Of a stretch of 64,000 nt of DNA, positions 57,805 through 64,000 are shown piece after piece. Made by a program: the position numbers and the translations under genes. Each line of letters opens with the position of its first letter. Positions within the stretch are counted from its first letter, which is position 1. The notes beneath the pieces are model-generated. The model ran no database searches and was not told where the DNA came from. It was given only the letters and a program-made list of their open reading frames with translations. This DNA is from a virus. Taxonomy: Duplodnaviria; Heunggongvirae; Uroviricota; Caudoviricetes. The stretch covers positions 27,904-91,903 of the IMG/VR virus record IMGVR_UViG_3300029828_000006; one strand, written 5' to 3'.

Positions 57805-58590
57805 ATGAAATTCTCCAAATTTTCTGAGTTGGTGAATCGTATTTTGTCCAACAACCACAGCCATCGTCGCGATATGGATGTAACGATCATTGTTCATTCG
57901 CCTGGCAGCATTGGTTCAACACCCTCAGTTGAGGTTCAGTCAATTCACGCTGGTTTTGATTGGGATTCCGGGAAAGTGCTGATTTTCCCTGCACAGCCAC
58001 TGACTACGCTAACACCAGAACAGATTACTGATATTACTGATAGTGTGCGCAAAGGTCAGTCCTGGCACGCATATCAGGAATACAAGAAGCATAAAGAGCA
58101 GTTGGAAAAATTATCGATTGAACTTGATACCGCAAAACAGCGCATTGCAGAGCTGGAGGGTAATCGCGCGGCGCTGGCTGCGGAGAATGCGAGACTGAAG
58201 GCGATATGTGAGGATCGCCGCACGTTCATTATGAATGGCGTGCAGCTTGGTTTTATCAAGGTGCCAACAGTGGAAATAGATCCAGCTCTTGAAACAATTC
58301 GTATCGCCCTATCACCACAAAAAACCACTCCTGCGACCGACACTTTCCTGGATGAAGTGAAGACTGAAGCACGCAAGGAGGGCGCTTACTTTGTGGCGAA
58401 CAGGATGCTGGCTGCCTGGAAAGCTGGTTTTATTGATGATACTGCGAAGAACGCCGCGGATATTGCCCGGATGATTCTTACCTCTACTGAGTTTATGGCT
58501 AATGCGCGGGAAGGCGATTTTGACCGCTCATTCTCTGATGGCGTTCTCGAAGATATCGCCGAACAGCTTAGAAAAGGAGGTAAACAGTGA
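57805..58590 (+). CDS. coiled-coil early protein (Ea22-like), paralog of 56901..57389
   Basis: 261 aa; AAENARLK and C-terminal module shared with 56901..57389. Confidence 0.35.
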   Translation: MKFSKFSELVNRILSNNHSHRRDMDVTIIVHSPGSIGSTPSVEVQSIHAGFDWDSGKVLIFPAQPLTTLTPEQITDITDSVRKGQSWHAYQEYKKHKEQLEKLSIELDTAKQRIAELEGNRAALAAENARLKAICEDRRTFIMNGVQLGFIKVPTVEIDPALETIRIALSPQKTTPATDTFLDEVKTEARKEGAYFVANRMLAAWKAGFIDDTAKNAADIARMILTSTEFMANAREGDFDRSFSDGVLEDIAEQLRKGGKQ

Positions 58591-58835
58591 GTAATACCGC
58601 ACGACTACAGCTTGGTTTTTCACCGCTATCAAAAACCATCGTGTTGGCAAAAATGCGTGACTTAGGGGATGGAACAAAACGTCGTGTCGGCAATGATCGC
58701 GGTCGTGATGTAACCAACGAGGCCGCACAACTCGTTTGGCATCTAGTCATGGCTGAAGGCGGTGAAATTAATTGGGAGCTGGATGATGGTTCTCGCATGG
58801 TATTGAAGGCAGAAAAGCAGGAGCCACCACAGTGA
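58587..58835 (+). CDS. small hypothetical early protein
   Basis: 82 aa, ATGA-coupled. Confidence 0.3.
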   Translation: MSNTARLQLGFSPLSKTIVLAKMRDLGDGTKRRVGNDRGRDVTNEAAQLVWHLVMAEGGEINWELDDGSRMVLKAEKQEPPQ

Positions 58836-59107
58836 ATATCGACACCACGATAACAATCGATACGGCCCTAAATACCGGTCTGGCACTTTTCGGTTGGCTT
58901 TACATCATGTCCCGTACCTGGCGATGGCTGGGTTCCATTTTCCTAAAAGAGTGGAAAAAACGGCGCAAACAGGAACTACGCCAGAAGGCATTAGAAGCGT
59001 TCTATGACGCATTTGAGCTTAGCCGCATTGAACCAGGCACAACAGCCAGAATAGCGACAAAAGGCGACCTGATGATAGTGATGTTCAGACAGGAGAAAAC
59101 CAAATGA
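58832..59107 (+). CDS. small hypothetical early protein
   Basis: 91 aa. Confidence 0.3.
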   Translation: MNIDTTITIDTALNTGLALFGWLYIMSRTWRWLGSIFLKEWKKRRKQELRQKALEAFYDAFELSRIEPGTTARIATKGDLMIVMFRQEKTK

Positions 59108-59328
59108 CAGAACAGACGATGACAAATCGCGAACTTGTTGATGCCGCGATTGAACTTGCTGGCGATTTTTATTCCATGATGGGTTACGAGCATCGACCTG
59201 GTTTTAAGTATTGGGAGTCACCGCATCCGCAAGAACAACAGGTGTTTGAAATGGCCTGCCGTGCTTTTGAGGTTATTCGCGGTTCTGATGTGATGGAGGC
59301 CGTTGCCGACTTGGAGGATGAAGAGTGA
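59104..59328 (+). CDS. small hypothetical early protein
   Basis: 74 aa. Confidence 0.3.
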   Translation: MTEQTMTNRELVDAAIELAGDFYSMMGYEHRPGFKYWESPHPQEQQVFEMACRAFEVIRGSDVMEAVADLEDEE

Positions 59329-59636
59329 GCATCATTAAAGAAATGCCGGTAGAACGTGATGAATATGGCTGCTGGACACATCCGGAGTATGAGAAGTTTT
59401 GCGCAGGTCGTGAATATATTTCCACTGAGGAATTTGACGCCTGGATGAAGGAAAATAATCTTCAGTGGACTATTCGCAGTATGGATGAAGATGATTTTGA
59501 TCTGGACGCAGCTGGACCCGATATTGCCGCCTGGGAACCGGAGCGACCAGAGGGTGAAGGCTGGTTTGTTGGCTCTATCCATGACACTGAAGATGGTCCA
59601 GTTTGTATCTGGCTGCGGGAGAAGGTTGCCGCATGA
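59325..59636 (+). CDS. small hypothetical early protein
   Basis: 103 aa. Confidence 0.3.
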   Translation: MSIIKEMPVERDEYGCWTHPEYEKFCAGREYISTEEFDAWMKENNLQWTIRSMDEDDFDLDAAGPDIAAWEPERPEGEGWFVGSIHDTEDGPVCIWLREKVAA

Positions 59637-60325
59637 TCCAGGCTATGCATGAAGTGAATTTATATAGCCGTATTGATGGTTCTGGCTACAGAAACATATG
59701 GGTTGTTGGTGATCTGCATGGTTGCTACACCAGACTGATGTCCGAACTCCATCGTGTGGATTTTGACCCGGCGCAGGATTTACTGATATCGGTTGGCGAC
59801 CTTATCGATCGCGGCACCGAAAATGTTGAATGCCTGGAGCTATTGCAGATGCCCTGGTTTCGGTCGGTTATGGGAAACCACGAGCGATTAATGATCGATG
59901 CGTTAAGTCCTGATGGCAACGTGAATAACTGGCTAATGAATGGCGGGCAATGGTTCTTCATGCTGGACGCTGATCAGGAAATATTAGCCAGGGCGCTGGT
60001 GGAGCTGGTAAGACGTCTGCCCTATATCATTGAGTTGAACACCGGGCATGAAACTATCGTTATAGCCCATGCCGACTATCCAGGTGGAGAGTACCAGTTC
60101 GGTAAGGATGTGTCGCTTTTTGATGTTGTCTGGTCGCGCAGTCGCGTCGGTGATTCGATAGATGGCATTGGTGGAGAAATCACAGGCGCAGATCGCTTTA
60201 TCTTTGGGCACACACCGGTACGAAGACCAAAAGCATACTGGAATCAGCACTACATAGACACTGGCGCGGTTTTTTGCGGAAATCTGACGCTAATGCATGT
60301 GAAGGGAGGGCAGCTTAAAGTCTGA
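59633..60325 (+). CDS. Ser/Thr protein phosphatase (lambda PPase family)
   Basis: GDLHG, GDLIDRG, GNHE motifs; ATG 59633 overlaps previous stop (ATGA); track ORF starts 59603. Confidence 0.8.
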   Translation: MIQAMHEVNLYSRIDGSGYRNIWVVGDLHGCYTRLMSELHRVDFDPAQDLLISVGDLIDRGTENVECLELLQMPWFRSVMGNHERLMIDALSPDGNVNNWLMNGGQWFFMLDADQEILARALVELVRRLPYIIELNTGHETIVIAHADYPGGEYQFGKDVSLFDVVWSRSRVGDSIDGIGGEITGADRFIFGHTPVRRPKAYWNQHYIDTGAVFCGNLTLMHVKGGQLKV

Positions 60326-60351
60326 TCAAATCATTTACGCACTCAAAATAC

Positions 60352-60382
60352 GTTAGAACATTGATTTTAGTTTTCTAACATA
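60352..60382. promoter_or_regulatory. operator-like inverted pair (GTTAGAA ... TTTTCTAACATA) upstream of 60423
   Basis: Motif family. Confidence 0.4.
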
Positions 60383-60422
60383 TTATTTTACCACTCGGAA
60401 CAAAACAGAGTCGGTATGCATT

Positions 60423-61418
60423 ATGAGTGCAATAATCACCCCATATGTCGTAAATGAAACTGGTGTGGCTGTCTTTCCTGTAGATAAGCCCACCAGCAAT
60501 TACATCGGCGCAGGACGCCGTTTTCTTATATCCCCATTGCCGCGCGAACAGGTTGAAAACACCCCTGATGGCGTCGTGGACCTGAATTATTCCCTGGTTG
60601 CCAACCAGTCACTGACACCCTTTTTTCAAAGTGAGCGCGTATTTAATGCGTTAGGTGGTGAGGATTCTATCGTTCACTGGGTTAGCACCAACATTCACGA
60701 TTGCCAGGCGCATGATAAGCGTGATTGTAGCCACCAGCTAACCACTCACTTCTATAACGGTTCTGCCGTTCGCCTGTGCTGGAAGCATGATGCGGAATAC
60801 ATGATGAAGGGGTACGGCAAGCTTGACGACCAGCTATCCCTGAATCGCGCCAACTGGATTATGAACTGGGCCGCCAGCGAGTTAAAACTTCCGCCAGACC
60901 GCGATCTTAGCATGGTTGAACTCACCTTTTGGGCCATTCGCCGGAATCTTAAAGACGAGCTACCTGATGAAGCTGGTCGCATTGCATTTTGTCAGCCAAA
61001 GCCTGAGATCCCTACAGGCACTCTGAAAGAGTCGGATATCACCTGGGAGCACAGCACCCGCGAGCTGGTGGATATTACCGCAGAGCAGATCGTCAACCTG
61101 TCTGTAGATGAAGATTCCGGCCTGCTTTATATGCGCCGACCAAAAACGGTCCTCGGTAAAAGCCCGGCTTATCTCCGGTTTGTGGTTTCTCGTCCGTGCA
61201 TCGGATGCGGTGGAAAAGTTAATCACCCGTTCATGTACCGCGCCCGCTCGTTAAACGAACACGATCGCTGGGCTGTTCCTCTTTGCGATGAATGCGCCAG
61301 AAGCGCAGAAAACGATGTCCGGGCATGGGAAAAAACGCATGGCATACGCCTTTACGTAGCCGCTAACCAGCTTTTCGATTTCGCCATCGAGCGCGGAGTG
61401 ATCACGTTCAATAACTGA
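60423..61418 (+). CDS. hypothetical protein with Cys/His zinc-binding-like cluster
   Basis: 331 aa; CIGCGG...HPF...PLCDEC. Confidence 0.3.
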   Translation: MSAIITPYVVNETGVAVFPVDKPTSNYIGAGRRFLISPLPREQVENTPDGVVDLNYSLVANQSLTPFFQSERVFNALGGEDSIVHWVSTNIHDCQAHDKRDCSHQLTTHFYNGSAVRLCWKHDAEYMMKGYGKLDDQLSLNRANWIMNWAASELKLPPDRDLSMVELTFWAIRRNLKDELPDEAGRIAFCQPKPEIPTGTLKESDITWEHSTRELVDITAEQIVNLSVDEDSGLLYMRRPKTVLGKSPAYLRFVVSRPCIGCGGKVNHPFMYRARSLNEHDRWAVPLCDECARSAENDVRAWEKTHGIRLYVAANQLFDFAIERGVITFNN

Positions 61419-61431
61419 TGGGAACAATGCA

Positions 61432-61731
61432 ATGAGTCAAGGTAATGGTGACGGAGCTGCAAAGTGCAGAATCTCCACTTGTTTGATTAATGACAAAAAA
61501 ATAGAACCGTGCGCGGCGTTGGCACAATCCCTGGAGCAGGATGCTGAATACACGACGCGGAAAGGTCTGCTGAAATACAAAATCTATAACCATGAATTAA
61601 TTCATTCACAAGACCTGATCATGCTGCGGTCAGGCGAGCTTTCTAAATCGCCGATTCGAATTTCATTTTGCCCGTTCTGTGGTGAAAGTCTGAAAACGTG
61701 GGAAGCGGAGGCAACCAGTGATCAAAATTAA
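61432..61731 (+). CDS. small hypothetical protein
   Basis: 99 aa, CPFCG motif. Confidence 0.3.
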   Translation: MSQGNGDGAAKCRISTCLINDKKIEPCAALAQSLEQDAEYTTRKGLLKYKIYNHELIHSQDLIMLRSGELSKSPIRISFCPFCGESLKTWEAEATSDQN

Positions 61732-62527
61732 CTATCAAGAACTGCGCGAGGCGGCGGAACAGGCAACGCAAGATGAATGGGTAGCATATATTTTGCCGGG
61801 TCATAACGGCATTTATCCTGCGCGCACGTCTGAGGGTAGGCATTGCGGATACTTTATTGACTGGCCTGGCATTGATGGACAAAGGAATGCTGGTGCTAAT
61901 GCCCGTTATATCGCGTCTATCCCACCAAAAGTTGCGCTGGCACTCCTGGCCGAAATTAAGTGCCTGGAAGACACAAATATTGATGCCATGTGCCGAATTG
62001 CAGAACTGGAAAAACAATGCGCTGAATGGGAGCGAAAAGCATTAAGCAACTTTGAAGAGTGTGCTGCTATGGCTGAACGTATCGAAGAGTTGCAGACAAA
62101 CTCTGCACCAGGTTCGTTTGGCATCATCGGTGAAAATATTCGAACACAGGATAATCGAATAACGTCAGACCCTATGTTTTGTGTGTATCAAAAGCGCGAA
62201 ATCGTTGTTGATGCTGATTATGACTATGACCGGATTGTCTGGGTTGATGAAGATGGCAATGAAGCCAATAAACGCCAAAGTCGTCGTCTCGAACTACTTC
62301 ACGAAAACTTTCGAGAGCCACCAGAAAAATGGCGGCGCGTTGCTGTGAAAGATATTGATGAATTCGTGACCTGCTGTTTCACCGAGCAGGGTTGTAAAGA
62401 CTACTTGGCAGCCAATGGTCACAATCTTCGCTTGCCTTTTATATATGTAAAAAGCGGTTTCAGGAACGCTGAATATATCGGCATAAGAAACTGGCTTGCT
62501 GGCATTCGCATCAAAGGAGGTGAGTAA
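61718..62527 (+). CDS. hypothetical early protein
   Basis: 269 aa. Confidence 0.3.
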   Translation: MIKINYQELREAAEQATQDEWVAYILPGHNGIYPARTSEGRHCGYFIDWPGIDGQRNAGANARYIASIPPKVALALLAEIKCLEDTNIDAMCRIAELEKQCAEWERKALSNFEECAAMAERIEELQTNSAPGSFGIIGENIRTQDNRITSDPMFCVYQKREIVVDADYDYDRIVWVDEDGNEANKRQSRRLELLHENFREPPEKWRRVAVKDIDEFVTCCFTEQGCKDYLAANGHNLRLPFIYVKSGFRNAEYIGIRNWLAGIRIKGGE

Positions 62528-62700
62528 TGCGTGTGGCATGTATCGGCTTGTTACCGTACCCGACTCGTTTTTGGGCTTCTGCGCTAATTGCAAAGCCACA
62601 TGTCCTGATGGCTGACAACATCATCCCGGCACCAAAGCGCCGCCATACCGGTATTGCAGCGGCACGACGAGCAGCAAAGAAACGCAGGAGAGCAAAACGA
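62527..62700 (+). CDS. small basic protein (57 aa), below track cutoff
   Basis: ATG overlaps previous stop; C-terminal RRAAKKRRRAKR; stop overlaps next ATG. Confidence 0.3.
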
Positions 62701-62882
62701 TGAAAAACCGTAAAGCAAAGATTCTGTTAGTTCGTAGAAACGCCCCTAGCGTCTGGCAGTGGGTGAGACTCAGCAACCGACGGATGGGGTTGATGAAATA
62801 TTACGGGATGATGGATTGTTGTTTTTGCAAAAAGCCTACCGCGGCACAGAACAGGCGGAAGAAAGGGTACGCAGTACGATGA
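62700..62882 (+). CDS. small basic protein, tandem paralog 1 (MKNRKAK...)
   Basis: 60 aa; paralog follows immediately. Confidence 0.35.
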   Translation: MKNRKAKILLVRRNAPSVWQWVRLSNRRMGLMKYYGMMDCCFCKKPTAAQNRRKKGYAVR

Positions 62883-63060
62883 AAAACCGTAAAGCAAAGA
62901 TGCTTATTTCCCGTGTATACAGACGTTGCCATCCCAGCCAGTGGTTGAGAGTTAGCAATCGCCGTGTGGTGTTGTACTTATATTCTGGAATTGCCAGAGA
63001 GGGAGTCCGAGATAAGCGCAGCGCGGCGCAAAACCGCTGGAAAAACCACCTGCGCACTAA
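62700..63060. repeat. diverged tandem duplication (~180-bp unit x2)
   Basis: Both units start ATGAAAAACCGTAAAGCAAAGAT and share internal blocks. Confidence 0.6.
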
Positions 63061-63070
63061 AGGAGACTGA
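62879..63070 (+). CDS. small basic protein, tandem paralog 2 (MKNRKAK...)
   Basis: Internal ATG 62879 of track ORF 62759..63070; same N-terminus as paralog 1. Confidence 0.35.
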   Translation: MKNRKAKMLISRVYRRCHPSQWLRVSNRRVVLYLYSGIAREGVRDKRSAAQNRWKNHLRTKGD

Positions 63071-63071
63071 T

Positions 63072-63281
63072 ATGGCTATTGCCGCAAGTTACACCATGCA
63101 TCTCTACTGTGATTGTCGCCAGTGTACAAATGGTAAATATCAAACGCCAGACTTCGGTGAGTATATCGGTACGTCATGGGCTGGCTGTGCAAAAGAGGCG
63201 CGCAAGGACGGCTGGCGAATAAGCAAAGACAAAACACGTGCTTTTGCGCCCGGGCATAAAGTTTTGAGGATTAACAAATGA
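63072..63281 (+). CDS. small Cys-rich protein
   Basis: 69 aa MAIAASYTMHLYCDCRQCTNGKY...; internal ATG of track ORF 62964..63281. Confidence 0.3.
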   Translation: MAIAASYTMHLYCDCRQCTNGKYQTPDFGEYIGTSWAGCAKEARKDGWRISKDKTRAFAPGHKVLRINK

Positions 63282-64000
63282 CAACTATTACCAGAGAAAA
63301 CGCGGAAATTAAATCATTCATCACTGGTTTCCTGAGCGACCCGGCGCACGACAACCAATCTACAGACAGCCTGCTTGCCAATGTGTTTCGTATCGCACAG
63401 GCATCGCTGGAAGCAGAGCCTATTGGTGAAGTTTCAGAGAAGCGACACGGCCTTGTTATGGATGGAACGGTAGACCTTGGCGGGAAATCAACTTATCGCA
63501 TCATTAAGGGAGAAAAAGCGATGAAGTTGTTGCCGTTGGGGACGAAGTTTTATACCGCACCGCCAGCGCCGGTAATACAGGCTGATGTCGCGCAAGCAAT
63601 TGAAAATCTCAAGCAGAAATTAGTGGAATGCAATCGCTATAACTACTGCGCAGATGCAGTTAAGGGCGTAGAGGATGCCTGCCACGCTGCCATGCTTCAG
63701 GGTATCCAACCTGTAAGCCAAACTTACAACTTGCCAGAATTAATCGAAGGGATGGAAGTTTCCATTGATGTAAGCACTTGTGATGCTGATTTAGGTAATC
63801 GCTATTTCGGCACCGTCACCGAGGCGTTAGAACTTGATACAGCCAAGAATGGTTACATCCTCCTGGTTCAGGACGCAGAGCCAAACTTCGATGTAAATGG
63901 CAACTCTCCGGTAACTCCGGATAGTTGGATAAGCTGTAGTGATCGAATGCCTGAAAAGGGCCAGAACGTGCTTATTTCGGTGAATTTCGATAGCTCTCTG
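63279..64000 (+). CDS. partial ORF running off right edge (prophage early protein, DUF551-like C-terminal region)
   Basis: ATG 63279 (ATGA overlap); open frame to window end: MTTITRENAEIKSF...SWISCSDRMPEKGQNVLISVNFDS. Confidence 0.35.

Overview
The window reads as one contiguous piece of a P1-like temperate myovirus phage-plasmid, not ordinary chromosome. Evidence: no integrase or att site is visible, but there is an iteron/Rep_3 plasmid replicon (24.9-26.3 kb), two plasmid partition loci back to back (ParMRC 36.2-37.8 kb; ParA/ParG 37.8-39.1 kb), and P1-type phage modules. The phage modules are: (i) an immI-like icd/antirepressor module at the left edge, with a diverged second copy at 53.2-54.3 kb; (ii) a minus-strand operon starting with holin-like genes and continuing into large virion-protein genes (2.6-10.6 kb); (iii) a Cin/Gin-family DNA invertase plus a ~4.3 kb invertible tail-fibre segment (10.7-15.5 kb) with hix/gix-like crossover sites, feeding a P1-ordered tail operon (fibre, baseplate, Sit-like giant protein; 14-24.8 kb); (iv) a late block with sheath and putative major capsid (26.3-33.4 kb), spanins and a PAAR-like protein (34.4-36.2 kb). 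An apparently intact housekeeping glnS (glutaminyl-tRNA synthetase) with its own promoter region and terminator sits at 39.3-40.9 kb, flanked on both sides by mobile-element genes. Right of glnS are an rdgC / C5-methyltransferase / Dam-methyltransferase operon, a spike-like tail block, a HigB/HigA toxin-antitoxin pair, a low-GC accessory patch (47.8-52.7 kb) and an early-gene operon (Ref-like HNH nuclease, Ser/Thr phosphatase, many small ORFs; 55.1-64 kb). A recurring asymmetric motif TTTTCTAACACAAA lies just upstream of at least seven early/regulatory operons and looks like the operator set of a C1-type master repressor. All calls are from reading the sequence and ORF translations; no database search was run, so family names rest on recognised motifs and gene order.
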